Source of the DNA: a bacterium
GTDB taxonomy: Bacteria; Bacteroidota; Ignavibacteria; Palsa-1295
DNA length: 64,000 nt
Direction: 5' to 3'
NCBI GenBank assembly: GCA_037143335.1
Contig: JBAWZA010000001.1
Span: forward strand, 109,253-173,252
The notes under the pieces: model-generated
Told to the model about the DNA's origin: nothing
The model's database searches: none
What the model saw: the letters and a program-made list of their open reading frames with translations, nothing else
Program-made: the position numbers and the translations under genes
Shown here: piece by piece, positions 28,347 through 38,226 of the stretch
Position numbering within the stretch: position 1 is the first letter of the stretch
How the letters are laid out: every line of letters starts with the position of its first letter

Positions 28347-30398
28347 ATGACTACCAAAAGAATACTATCTCTTATCGTTGTTGGGGTGATGCTGTTCTCA
28401 GCAACCTTCACAGCTCAGCGTTCTGAGGCTTCGAGCCATCGGGAAGCACCACTGATCAGTAATGATCCGCTTGCGGATAATACTGATCTCTACGCATTCC
28501 GTTCACCTGATGATCCGAACACCATCACGATCATTGCGAACTACATTCCATTCGAATTACCTGAAGGTGGACCAAACTACTTCAGCTTCGGAGAGAATGT
28601 TCGTTATGAGATTCATATCAAGAACAAAACGACAACGACAGGGGATGACATCACCTACCGTTTTACGTTCACGAATATGAATGAAGATCCAACGACATTC
28701 TTCAATATCCGTCTTGGTAAACAAAACCTCAAGACCACATACATGTGCCAAAAAAGCACTGATGGCGGTGTGACTTGGGCTACGATAAAGACTGGTGGCG
28801 TTGTGCCTCCTGCGAATATCGGCGCACGCTCGATTGATAATGCTACCGTTGGATTAGGAATGCCTTACGAGACAATCTGGAATAATGCGATCACCACTGC
28901 AACCACTGGCGAGACCATGTTCTGCGGACCAGTTGACGATCCATTCTTCGTTGATCTTGCCGGTATTTTTGATCTCGGTAATTTCCGTAAAGATGGCAAG
29001 GTTGATGCACTTGCAGGATTCAATTGCCATACAATTGCAATGAAGATCCCAATCAGTATGCTCCAAAAAGATGGCAAGTCTGTTTCGCAAGCAGCTAATA
29101 TTTTGGATGGCGATTTCGTCATCGGAGTTTGGGCTTCAGCCTCACGACCAAAGATCACAACACTGATGAGCGATGGAAGCAAGCCGATGGTATCTGCTGA
29201 CTATGTGCAGGTTTCACGCCTTGGAATGCCACTCACAAACGAAGCAGTTATTCCGATTGGAATGAAGGACAAGTGGAATGCAACCAGTCCATACAACGAT
29301 TTACAATTTGCTACATACTTTGTAAATCCTGAACTTGCACTTTATTGTGGCAATGGTGATTTCGGAGCAGCAGTTGGAACGTTGCTTGATCTTCGCATTG
29401 ACAAAAATTCACTCGGAGCTGGATTTGATTTCCGCAACGGAAAAGACGGACTCTACGGGTTGAAGGCAACGAATGCAGGTAAGGGTACAGCACTTGATAC
29501 TGCACTCTTCGGAAATATCTTATTGCAACAAGGTGCACCTCGCTCGGTTGATATTCTTCCGATATTCTATACTGGCGCACCGAACTTGGCTCCGTACCAA
29601 CTTGCAACTGGCAAGACAACCGGACCGCTCGCAAATGGTAAGCCATTTATCAATAACTTCTTGCCGACTCTTGGCGATATGCTTCGCTTGAATATGGCTG
29701 TGCCTGTCACACCACGTAACGATCCGAACTTCAGCTCTGAAGGACTCATTCAGGCTGCGGCGATTGGATTAACCGTTGCGCCATTTAACACAACAGCGAA
29801 CTTGGAGAATATTCCGAACATGGACGGATTCCCGAACGGTCGCCGTCTCGAAGATGATGTTACACGTATTGAAATGCAGGCAGTAGGCGGAATTGTCCTG
29901 AATGCGATTGGCTTATGGACAGATGACTACGTTCCTGGCGTAACAGCGTCACCCGTTACACCTCAGCTTGCAGCAAAGCTCACATGGAATGCTGGCGTAT
30001 CGCAGAATGACGTAGCATTCCGCGCCGCATGGCCTTACATGGCATTGCCTCATCGCGGTGCTGACGGACTTCGCACGCACAGTGCAGTTGCCGTTCAGCA
30101 TCCAACATCTATCGGTATCAAAGCACCGAGGAATTTCTTCAATGGATCGAATTACCCGAATCCAGTGAGCGCTTCGACATCAATGAACTATCATCTCACC
30201 GATGCTGGTGATGTCAGAGTCGTGCTCTATGATATGAATGGTCGTGAAGTCACAACCGCATTCAGCGGGTACCAATCGGCTGGTGACTATACCGCAAATT
30301 GGAAGCCTGAGCAAAACATGAGCGTAGGCACATATTTCGCCGCTCTTCTCATTGATGGAGTTCGCTCGCATGAGATGAAAATAACGGTTACGAGGTAA
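28347..30398 (+). CDS. DUF4331-family secreted protein with T9SS C-terminal sorting domain
   Basis: After the signal peptide comes SHREAPLISNDPLADNTDLYAF, the DUF4331 hallmark. The C-terminus is a Por-type domain. Confidence 0.7.
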   Translation: MTTKRILSLIVVGVMLFSATFTAQRSEASSHREAPLISNDPLADNTDLYAFRSPDDPNTITIIANYIPFELPEGGPNYFSFGENVRYEIHIKNKTTTTGDDITYRFTFTNMNEDPTTFFNIRLGKQNLKTTYMCQKSTDGGVTWATIKTGGVVPPANIGARSIDNATVGLGMPYETIWNNAITTATTGETMFCGPVDDPFFVDLAGIFDLGNFRKDGKVDALAGFNCHTIAMKIPISMLQKDGKSVSQAANILDGDFVIGVWASASRPKITTLMSDGSKPMVSADYVQVSRLGMPLTNEAVIPIGMKDKWNATSPYNDLQFATYFVNPELALYCGNGDFGAAVGTLLDLRIDKNSLGAGFDFRNGKDGLYGLKATNAGKGTALDTALFGNILLQQGAPRSVDILPIFYTGAPNLAPYQLATGKTTGPLANGKPFINNFLPTLGDMLRLNMAVPVTPRNDPNFSSEGLIQAAAIGLTVAPFNTTANLENIPNMDGFPNGRRLEDDVTRIEMQAVGGIVLNAIGLWTDDYVPGVTASPVTPQLAAKLTWNAGVSQNDVAFRAAWPYMALPHRGADGLRTHSAVAVQHPTSIGIKAPRNFFNGSNYPNPVSASTSMNYHLTDAGDVRVVLYDMNGREVTTAFSGYQSAGDYTANWKPEQNMSVGTYFAALLIDGVRSHEMKITVTR

Positions 30399-30423
30399 GT
30401 AATCGCAACCAGTTATTCGATTA

Positions 30424-30453
30424 AATGGTGGCCCGAAAGGGTCACCATTTTTT
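30424..30453 (+). terminator. Rho-independent terminator
   Basis: AATGGTGGCCC-GAAA-GGGTCACCATT is followed by a T-run. Confidence 0.75.
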
Positions 30454-30527
30454 ACATATAATGCACAAAAAAGACACATCCAGTTCGGATATGCCCGTGT
30501 ATTAGGTGCATCAAAACGACAAAAACA

Positions 30528-31868
30528 ATGGCTATGAATCTCAAACACATTACTTACGCTTCGCTCATCGGCTTGATGAGCCTTGGATTTTTCTCCTGCA
30601 CAGCAGTTGAGAGAGTTACGACAATGCCAGATCTCTCCGCCCGTTCGGGGGATACCACTTCGACTGAATTTGTCGTTGCACAGGCAACAGTCCGTCAACT
30701 TCGTAGTGAACTCGCAAAACATCCAGCCGATACAAAAGAAATGGTGAAGCTTGCGCAAGTGTATATCCAAGAAGCACGTGTATCCGGCAAGCACCACGAA
30801 TATTTTCCAATCGCTGATCGGATTTTGAGCAGAGTATTGGGAAAAGACCCAAATAATTTTGAAGCAAACGTTCTGCGTGCTGGCATGATGATGACGCGTC
30901 ATGATTTTATTCATGCCAAGCAGACCATCGAGAAAGCAATCGAGCGCAATCCGTATAATAGCGGAGCCTACGGCGTACTTTGCGATGCCAACGTTGAACT
31001 TGGTAATTACGACGAAGCAGTAAAGGCAGTTGATGCGATGATGAATGCTCGACCTGACTTGCGTTCGTATGCACGTGCATCATATCTTCGTGAACTTCAC
31101 GGTGATCGTACCGGAGCAATCGAGTCAATGAAACTCGCCGCTGATGCTGGTGCCGCCGGACAGGAGAATCGTGCATGGGCTTTGTATAATCTCGGCAATA
31201 TTTATTTGAATTGGGGTAAGCTTGATACGGCTGAGTACATATTCAAAGGAATTCTCGAAGAGCGTCCGAACTATAGTTTCGCGATGAGCGGGCTAGCGAT
31301 GATCGAGTCAGCGAAAGGAAATTACTCACAAGCTATTGTATGGCTTGTCAAAGCATCGCAGGTTCAACCTGAGCATATTTTTATCGAACAGTTAGCCGAT
31401 ATGTATCAAGCGATGGGACAAAAGGATGAGGCGGAGCAATTCGAGAAAAAAGTACTTGATGCTTTCGAACTACATAGAGCTGATGGATGGAGTGTGGATC
31501 GTGAGTACGCAGTATTTTGCTTGAATCACAATATCCACTTATCAGAGGCGAAATCACTTGCAAAAAAAGACTATACTGCAAGACCAAATAACATTGATGC
31601 ACTTGATACTTATGCTTGGGCGCTCTACAAACAAAGTTCCGCGAACGAAGCTTTGCCACTGATTGAACAAGCTCTGCGCATGAATTCACTCAGTGCAAAC
31701 GTGCATTTTCATGCAGGCATGATTTATTCAAAGACCGGTAATGCTGAAAAAGCAAGAGCAGAATTGTCGAAGATTATCGAGGGCAAGCATTTCCTCAGCC
31801 CAATCGCTCGTCAAGAAGCAAAAAATACACTTGAGATGCTCTCAGGCAAAACTGCGGAATTGAAATAA
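30528..31868 (+). CDS. TPR-repeat lipoprotein
   Basis: It has a lipoprotein signal (LMSLGFFSCT) and multiple TPR-like repeats. Confidence 0.75.
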   Translation: MAMNLKHITYASLIGLMSLGFFSCTAVERVTTMPDLSARSGDTTSTEFVVAQATVRQLRSELAKHPADTKEMVKLAQVYIQEARVSGKHHEYFPIADRILSRVLGKDPNNFEANVLRAGMMMTRHDFIHAKQTIEKAIERNPYNSGAYGVLCDANVELGNYDEAVKAVDAMMNARPDLRSYARASYLRELHGDRTGAIESMKLAADAGAAGQENRAWALYNLGNIYLNWGKLDTAEYIFKGILEERPNYSFAMSGLAMIESAKGNYSQAIVWLVKASQVQPEHIFIEQLADMYQAMGQKDEAEQFEKKVLDAFELHRADGWSVDREYAVFCLNHNIHLSEAKSLAKKDYTARPNNIDALDTYAWALYKQSSANEALPLIEQALRMNSLSANVHFHAGMIYSKTGNAEKARAELSKIIEGKHFLSPIARQEAKNTLEMLSGKTAELK

Positions 31869-31899
31869 TAACTTTTCACGTAAGCTGACAATCACTACT

Positions 31900-32394
31900 A
31901 TGAGACAAATTTCACTCATACTTATACTCCTACTGACGGTCTCAGTCACGAATGTTTGCAGTGCACACGATATTCATATCAGCTACGCACAAGCCGAGTT
32001 GAAGGGGAATACATTGTCCGTTAAAGTATCCTATTACAAGGATGATTTCTCGAAAGCAGTGAAGAGTTGGTATCAAGGAAGAGCAGACCATTTTTCGGAC
32101 GAGCAATTCAAAGATGCAGAGTTCGAGTATGTGAAAAATTATTTCCGAGTCGCTACGAATGGGGATAACAAAGGAATCGTCGCTCCGAAGCTCATGAGCC
32201 GAACTGATGATGGCTCCACAGTTGTGATGCAGCTTGAATATACTTGTGCCAATCCATCACAGATAACAATTGATCACCGTGTTCTCTTCAAAGAATATTC
32301 CGATCAGATGAACATCTTTTTTATCAAAGCTTTTGGCAAAGAAGAAAATCACATCTTTACGCCTTCAAAACCTACGATACAAATTAAGCCGTAA
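31900..32394 (+). CDS. Secreted hypothetical protein translationally coupled to HupE/UreJ
   Basis: It has a signal peptide, and its stop overlaps the start of the next gene (TAATG). Confidence 0.5.
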   Translation: MRQISLILILLLTVSVTNVCSAHDIHISYAQAELKGNTLSVKVSYYKDDFSKAVKSWYQGRADHFSDEQFKDAEFEYVKNYFRVATNGDNKGIVAPKLMSRTDDGSTVVMQLEYTCANPSQITIDHRVLFKEYSDQMNIFFIKAFGKEENHIFTPSKPTIQIKP

Positions 32395-32960
32395 TGGGAC
32401 AGCAATTTTCTACATTTTTTGGGATCGGATTCTATCATATCCTTGAAGGATACGATCACCTTCTCTTCCTACTCGGACTTATTATTGTTACGAAGGATTT
32501 TCGTTCGCTCTTCAAAGTTATTTCTGCATTTACCGTTGCTCACTCAACAACACTGATTCTTTCGGCTCTCGGCATTTTATCTTTGCCACCTGTTATTACG
32601 GAGTCATTAATTGCCTTATCAATAGTATATGTCGGGATCGAGAATGTGGTCAGAAAAGAAACGAAGAACAGATGGATCGTCGCCGGAAGTTTTGGCCTCA
32701 TTCACGGCGCGGGATTCTCCGGGCATCTCACCGATATACTAAAAGGGATGATCGAAGGTGGCAACGTCTTTATACCTCTGACAGGGTTCAATGTGGGTAT
32801 CGAGATAGGTCAGATCGTTGTCATATCAGTCGTATTTCCACTCATGTGGGTTGTGAGAAAATACGGCAAAGAAAAAGAAATCGTGCAAGAAGTATCTCGT
32901 GTGATAGCGGCTGTCGGTGCAGTGCTGTTAGTTTTCCGAGCTTTTGGGATGAATCCGTGA
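32394..32960 (+). CDS. HupE/UreJ-family membrane protein (Ni/Co uptake-associated)
   Basis: It carries multiple His in TM helices (HILEGYDHLLFLLGL...FTVAHSTT...HGAGFSGH). Confidence 0.8.
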   Translation: MGQQFSTFFGIGFYHILEGYDHLLFLLGLIIVTKDFRSLFKVISAFTVAHSTTLILSALGILSLPPVITESLIALSIVYVGIENVVRKETKNRWIVAGSFGLIHGAGFSGHLTDILKGMIEGGNVFIPLTGFNVGIEIGQIVVISVVFPLMWVVRKYGKEKEIVQEVSRVIAAVGAVLLVFRAFGMNP

Positions 32961-33012
32961 CCTCGAGTAAAACTTCTAACAAATCATATCCAATCAAAAA
33001 GTCTAATCGGGA

Positions 33013-33480
33013 ATGAAATTCTTTTATCTCATATTCTTAGCTCTATCGGTGTCTGGGTTGTATGGGCAGTCAGCAGGAGATAGAATACTTTCCCAATCCT
33101 CGGATAGAATTGTGCGAACGGGTAGTGCGAGCTATCAGAACACTCAGCAATACTTGACTCTGACTGTTCTAAACTCGAACCTCAGCGACAAAATCGTCCC
33201 TTATAATTCGGGAATAGCGAGCATTCCAATTGAAATCCTACCCAATGATACACCAATGTCTGAATCTCTGGTGACGAATTTCGTCAATGGAGTTTTCAAT
33301 CTCTCAACATCATACCAAATAGGAGCATTTGAGATTTCGGCGAACCTCTCAAATATCTTGGATATTTCTGCCAATGCCATTGAACCCGATGCCTTCAATA
33401 GGATATTTGGGGATGTTGGGCTTATCTACACGCCCGGAGTACCTCGCTCAGTGTGGCTTGGTATAGCTTGTCAATTTTAA
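33013..33480 (+). CDS. Hypothetical secreted protein
   Basis: It has a signal peptide. I do not recognise a family. Confidence 0.4.
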   Translation: MKFFYLIFLALSVSGLYGQSAGDRILSQSSDRIVRTGSASYQNTQQYLTLTVLNSNLSDKIVPYNSGIASIPIEILPNDTPMSESLVTNFVNGVFNLSTSYQIGAFEISANLSNILDISANAIEPDAFNRIFGDVGLIYTPGVPRSVWLGIACQF

Positions 33481-33566
33481 GAACCTGTTCCCCCGAACTC
33501 TTATCCCTTGCCTGCTGTTATTAGCGTCCCGAAAAAAAACGGGGAAATAACTTTAATTAAGACACT

Positions 33567-33818
33567 ATGCCGCAACATAAGGGCGCTGAACGCCGAGTAC
33601 GCTTATCTGAGAAACGTCGCATTGCCAATAAGGGCACAAAGATTGCTATGCGCAATCTATTCAAGGAATTTGATCCAGCCGCTCCGACTGCTGGTGATTC
33701 GCTCAAAAAGCTCCAATCTACACTCGATCGCTTAGCGAGAAAAGGGATCATCAAGAAGAATTTCGCCGCTAACAAGAAATCCAAATTAGCAAGATCCATC
33801 AAAAAAGTGACTGCGTAA
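33567..33818 (+). CDS. rpsT: 30S ribosomal protein S20
   Basis: HKGAERRVRLSEKRRIANK matches the S20 N-terminus. Confidence 0.9.
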   Translation: MPQHKGAERRVRLSEKRRIANKGTKIAMRNLFKEFDPAAPTAGDSLKKLQSTLDRLARKGIIKKNFAANKKSKLARSIKKVTA

Positions 33819-33870
33819 GCATCTCTCAATCGCTGAGAAGCTTTTAGCCTGTCCTCTGGATGGGCTTTTT

Positions 33871-34152
33871 TTATGCCCCGACTCTGGATTCCTGTCTGGC
33901 TTTGGCAACTTCGTCTTCGATTGCTTCGCGGAGGGCGGGGGCGATGAAGATGTTATCTAAGCCGAATTCGTGCAGACCGATGGCGAGGGTGCGCGTTTTG
34001 CGTGTGATGGTGGAGCGACGGTTGATGACGAGCATCTTTTCTTCGCGGAGCAGACAGTAGCCGCCTTCAAAATTACCAGTCTCGAAGCGGAGCTTCAGAC
34101 CCATTTCCGATGCAAGTGCTTTAAGAGATTCGAGAAGTTCTTCGCTTGTCAA
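33871..34152 (-). CDS. Hypothetical small protein (93 aa)
   Basis: It is an ORF of coding-like composition. I do not recognise a family. Confidence 0.45.
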   Translation of the reverse strand: MTSEELLESLKALASEMGLKLRFETGNFEGGYCLLREEKMLVINRRSTITRKTRTLAIGLHEFGLDNIFIAPALREAIEDEVAKARQESRVGA

Positions 34153-34184
34153 GTTAGTTGGTAGTGTTTATTCGTTTGCAGAGG

Positions 34185-34475
34185 TTAGGCTAATTTGCCT
34201 GTGGTATCAATTGTGATTCCGCCGTGATCAATGATGTGAAGCTGTTCGGTGATATGAGCAACGACATCGCTTATCGGAAGTGACTTCGGGTTGAAACGCG
34301 AGCGCGCCGCATCAACCGCTTCTTGTAGCGAGCCAAGTTCACCACGAAGATAGAGCCAAACATGATACCCTAAACGATTGCGATCGTTTGGTTCAACAGT
34401 TGGTACAGCACGAACAGATGCGTAGGCCTTTTCAGCAAGCTCAGTATCATGCGCTACGGTTACGTTAATGGACAT
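34185..34475 (-). CDS. Hypothetical small protein (96 aa)
   Basis: It is an ORF of coding-like composition. I do not recognise a family. Confidence 0.45.
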   Translation of the reverse strand: MSINVTVAHDTELAEKAYASVRAVPTVEPNDRNRLGYHVWLYLRGELGSLQEAVDAARSRFNPKSLPISDVVAHITEQLHIIDHGGITIDTTGKLA

Positions 34476-34489
34476 GTGCGTAAAGAAAA

Positions 34490-36466
34490 TTACTTCGTAA
34501 AAACAAATTGCCCCTTGGCTATTAACTTGTCATTCAACATAAGCAAGGCAAAATATGTCCCGCTCTCAAGCCCTTCGGTGCTAAAAAAATATTGGACTAA
34601 CTGTGTGCCACTATCCATTTTCTCCGATTCCGGCGTGATTTTTCGGACTTCATTTCCTTGAGTGTCATAGAGAAGTAATCTTGTTTGAGTATCCGAAGAG
34701 ATGCTCATCGCAGATGGCATAGCGTGCTGTGCGATCATGTGTGTAGCATTCGAGGGATTCGGCACGAACCGCAACTCTGGTATCTTCTCAGGTTCAAAAC
34801 TACTAATAGCTCCAAGTTTAACTGCTCCGTTCAATTTTTTAATAATTGCTCCATCTGGATCGAAGACGATACTATCTGGGATGAATGAGTTTTGGAAGGA
34901 TGCCTCACTTATCCGCAGAGTGTCAAGTAGAACTTCGTGTCGTTCCGATTTCCCACCAAACGTTCGCGCCTCCACAATGATAGGCTGACGGAAAAATCCG
35001 ATTCGCACTGAATCCTGTGTTTGCAACATCTGCAAGCGAACAGTCGAATCATGCTTTGACCATGTAACTGTGATTGCAGGGTGGCCGATTCCGAACATCC
35101 ACTCTGCAACGAAATATCTCAAATCGCGCATCAAGGTATCTTCTACGATACCTTGAAAATCTTCGGTTGTAGCATTGGAGTAAGCCGTGTACTTACCGTA
35201 CGCTCTGAGACCAGTAAAAAAATTTGCATCACCAAGTGTATATCGTAGCATTCCCAATACCGCAGCGCCTTTATTGTAAATAACAGGCGGATAGTTGTTG
35301 CGTGGGTGAGTGTAGTAGGGTGCACCGAATAGTGAGATCGTGTCTTGACCTTTTGTTAACGCGCTGGCGATATTCGAGTGCTGAGTTTGCCAATACGCCT
35401 TCTCCCCTGAAAACCGCTCCTGAAAAAGAGCTTCGCTATACGTTGCGAATCCCTCATTGAGCCAGGGTTCATTAAAATCAAAACAAGTTGTCTTATCTCC
35501 CCACCATTGATGGGCAAGTTCGTGAACAGCAGTGGTATTATTCGTATCCAAAACTGAATTGACGAGAGTGATCATTGTCTGATGCTCCATCGAGCCGATG
35601 GGCGCGATGACGTAACCGACTTTCTCGAAAGGATATTCACCAAAGAGCGAGTCGAAATAGACTAATGCTTTCACAACTCTCTTTTCCATCAAGGTACGTG
35701 CTTTTGCTGTATCTTTTGCAAAGGAATAGACATCGAATGGGATGTTGAGTGGATTCTTGATACTAAGTTTCTGGAATGGACCAAAAGCAAAGGTCAGCAA
35801 ATAGGTTGCGATTGGATGCGTGATTTTCCATTCATAAAAATTCGTCTTGCCACCGTCTGTGCCAGCTAAATATCCTGTGAGTAAACCATTAGATACGACA
35901 ATCCCAGAAGTATCAGCAAAAAAACGAAGCGTCACAGAATCAGCTTTATCATCGGGTTCATCAAAACATGGAAGCCAATGTCGTGTGCATGATACATACG
36001 GAGCATTAAATCCTACTCCCATCGCAAACATCATGTTCCCTTCGTTATGCACACCGCCCCATTTGTTTGTACCTTCCTCAACCATCCCTTTTCCGTGGTA
36101 ATAAGTTTTGACAGTGAAGTTTGAACCATTGTGGTATTGGCCAGGGAAGCCGACGACCTTATACATCCCGTCTGAGTCTGGGGTCAAGAATGTTGCAGGC
36201 GCATCGTCAACGAAGACACTGTCAATCTCAATGAATTTGGCATGTTGCACAATCTCGGTGATTTCGCCCATCGAAAGTACGTTCATCTCGACCCAACCGG
36301 AAATCGTATTTTGTTTCCGGTCAAGCCAAATCGTTGCTTTATAGGACTTAACATCATAGCTTTTCATCTGATTTAGCCGAACGAGCGGAGCAAGCTGTCC
36401 CTGTGATGTCTCCGAAAGAATCATCATTCCAACGAATGCAACCAAAATGTGTGAAAATCGTATCAT
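34490..36466 (-). CDS. M1-family zinc aminopeptidase with T9SS C-terminal sorting domain
   Basis: The HEXXH-(18)-E motif (VHELAHQWWGD...WLNEGFATY) is present. The C-terminus is a Por-type domain. Confidence 0.85.
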   Translation of the reverse strand: MIRFSHILVAFVGMMILSETSQGQLAPLVRLNQMKSYDVKSYKATIWLDRKQNTISGWVEMNVLSMGEITEIVQHAKFIEIDSVFVDDAPATFLTPDSDGMYKVVGFPGQYHNGSNFTVKTYYHGKGMVEEGTNKWGGVHNEGNMMFAMGVGFNAPYVSCTRHWLPCFDEPDDKADSVTLRFFADTSGIVVSNGLLTGYLAGTDGGKTNFYEWKITHPIATYLLTFAFGPFQKLSIKNPLNIPFDVYSFAKDTAKARTLMEKRVVKALVYFDSLFGEYPFEKVGYVIAPIGSMEHQTMITLVNSVLDTNNTTAVHELAHQWWGDKTTCFDFNEPWLNEGFATYSEALFQERFSGEKAYWQTQHSNIASALTKGQDTISLFGAPYYTHPRNNYPPVIYNKGAAVLGMLRYTLGDANFFTGLRAYGKYTAYSNATTEDFQGIVEDTLMRDLRYFVAEWMFGIGHPAITVTWSKHDSTVRLQMLQTQDSVRIGFFRQPIIVEARTFGGKSERHEVLLDTLRISEASFQNSFIPDSIVFDPDGAIIKKLNGAVKLGAISSFEPEKIPELRFVPNPSNATHMIAQHAMPSAMSISSDTQTRLLLYDTQGNEVRKITPESEKMDSGTQLVQYFFSTEGLESGTYFALLMLNDKLIAKGQFVFTK

Positions 36467-36553
36467 TAGCCCGTATATGAAAATGAGTCGTAAAAACTGT
36501 CAACCGAACTTACAACAGCCTAATCTAAGTTCTATTGGTATCAGAAACAATAA

Positions 36554-37732
36554 ATGCCAACACAGAGCATAACACCAAATCACTCAGAGAAACTTCCTAA
36601 CCATATTGTCGCCCATAGCGACGAAATGCGGGAGTTGCTATCTGTTGTTCGAGCGGTCGCACCGACGCTGATTACCATTCTCCTAACCGGGGAGAGCGGA
36701 ACAGGGAAGGAAGTATTCGCTCGTCTTATCCATGATTGGAGTATGCGTGGCATTGGTCCGTTCATTACAGTGAACTGCGGAGCAATACCCGAAGGTCTGA
36801 TTGAGAGCGAATTATTTGGTCACGAAAAAGGCTCGTTCACAGGTGCATCCTCGGAGCGCAAGGGATTTTTCGAAGCCGCCAAGGGGGGCACGATATTTTT
36901 GGATGAGATCGGCGAGATGCCACTCACTGCGCAAGTGAAGTTGTTACGTGTGCTCGAGACAGGCAAGTTCACTCGCGTCGGTTCGAGCGCCGAGCGGACG
37001 ACGGATGCGCGCGTCATTGCCGCCACGAATCGTGACCTTGAGCATGAAGTTCGTGATGGTAAATTCAGAGCAGATCTATTTTACCGCCTCCGTGCAGTCA
37101 TGCTCAGACTTCCACCACTTCGGAATCGGAGAGAAGACATTCCATTTTTGGTAGATGCAATTTTGGAGGATTCGGTGAAGCGACATTCGCTCGTCCATAC
37201 TCCGCATCTTGAACCCGAAGCAATTTCGGAATTGACAACGAATGAGTGGCGTGGAAATATCAGAGAATTACGAAATACGCTCGAACAACTTTCTGTCATG
37301 TCATTCTCACCACTACATCATGCTTCGCTCGGAATAATCACGGGTGAGGATGTGCGTAGCGTGTTGCACAAATCAATTGAGGGTGAGATTAGTACCCATC
37401 ACACTTTTGCACTCTCGCAATTACCGCCTCCACCACAGCAGAGTTCGGAGTTGGCACTGATTTATCGGGCATTGTTGGAGCTCCGTCTCGAGATTGGACA
37501 AATCAAAGAAATGCTTGCTCCACAGAAGAATGATGCACGTCTTGCCCTGCCATTAGGGAATGTATTACCCGATCTATCGTTCAACGAACTCAATATGAAA
37601 CTGCAAGAGGAAGCATTGATTCATCAAGCACTCAGGAGATTCGAAGGTGATAGGAAGCTTGCCGCGCAGGCGCTTGGGATTAGTGAACGATCACTCTACA
37701 GAAAACTAAAAGAATTTGAAGAGGAAAAATAA
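36554..37732 (+). CDS. Sigma-54-dependent transcriptional activator (AAA+ plus Fis-type HTH) lacking a receiver domain, PspF-like
   Basis: GESGTGKEVFARLIH plus the GAFTGA-like segment (GSFTGA) and ESELFGHEKG are present. The C-terminus is an HTH. Confidence 0.85.
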   Translation: MPTQSITPNHSEKLPNHIVAHSDEMRELLSVVRAVAPTLITILLTGESGTGKEVFARLIHDWSMRGIGPFITVNCGAIPEGLIESELFGHEKGSFTGASSERKGFFEAAKGGTIFLDEIGEMPLTAQVKLLRVLETGKFTRVGSSAERTTDARVIAATNRDLEHEVRDGKFRADLFYRLRAVMLRLPPLRNRREDIPFLVDAILEDSVKRHSLVHTPHLEPEAISELTTNEWRGNIRELRNTLEQLSVMSFSPLHHASLGIITGEDVRSVLHKSIEGEISTHHTFALSQLPPPPQQSSELALIYRALLELRLEIGQIKEMLAPQKNDARLALPLGNVLPDLSFNELNMKLQEEALIHQALRRFEGDRKLAAQALGISERSLYRKLKEFEEEK

Positions 37733-38226
37733 TGTATAAGAAGCTGTTCTCTATTTTACTGTTTGCGCTATACTTTTTTTCGGGTTGTTACTCGTTTACC
37801 GGAGCAAGCCTTCCTGCTGGAATTAAGAGCATTGCTATCCCACTTGCAGCCGACAACTCAAACTTTGCGCAAGCGGATTTGCGGCAAAAGCTGACAGATC
37901 AATTGGTTCAGAAATTTACGCACGATGGTTCGTTGCAAGTTCGCGATAGAAGTTCATCCGATGCATTACTTGACGTAACGATTACGAGTATCTCCGATTT
38001 GCCGACGGGTGTCTCGGCAGATCAAGTGACAAACAAACGGATTACGATTTCAGTGGAAGCCACGTATCGTGATATGAAGAAACAGAAATTATTTTGGACT
38101 CGCACTTTTCAGCAAACGGCTGATTATCCCATCTCTGCAGCACTTGCCGGACAACAAACCGCACTCAAAAATGCCGAGGACAAACTCTCCGACGAGTTGC
38201 TCTTAGGAGTTATTTCGAATTGGTGA
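37732..38226 (+). CDS. LptE-like LPS-assembly lipoprotein
   Basis: It has a lipobox (FFSGC) and the size and pattern of LptE. Its start overlaps the upstream stop (TAATG). Confidence 0.5.
   Translation: MYKKLFSILLFALYFFSGCYSFTGASLPAGIKSIAIPLAADNSNFAQADLRQKLTDQLVQKFTHDGSLQVRDRSSSDALLDVTITSISDLPTGVSADQVTNKRITISVEATYRDMKKQKLFWTRTFQQTADYPISAALAGQQTALKNAEDKLSDELLLGVISNW

Noticed and set aside
30180-30914. A 244-aa minus-strand ORF overlapping the DUF4331 3' end, the terminator and the TPR gene start.
   Set aside because: It is antisense to two well-supported genes, crosses an intrinsic terminator and has no recognisable domain. I treat it as spurious.
28160-33894. Exact 17-bp match CCGACTCTGGATTCCTG at 28160-28176 (intergenic, downstream of the cupin anti-sigma gene) and at 33878-33894 (encoding the C-terminal QESRVGA of the 93-aa minus-strand ORF). 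Both copies are preceded by T-runs.
   Set aside because: For a 64-kb window read on both strands, the expected number of chance exact 17-mer pairs is roughly 0.2. A single occurrence is therefore not compelling, and no extended similarity is visible beyond the 17-mer. It is worth a genome-wide count, but it does not make a finding on its own.
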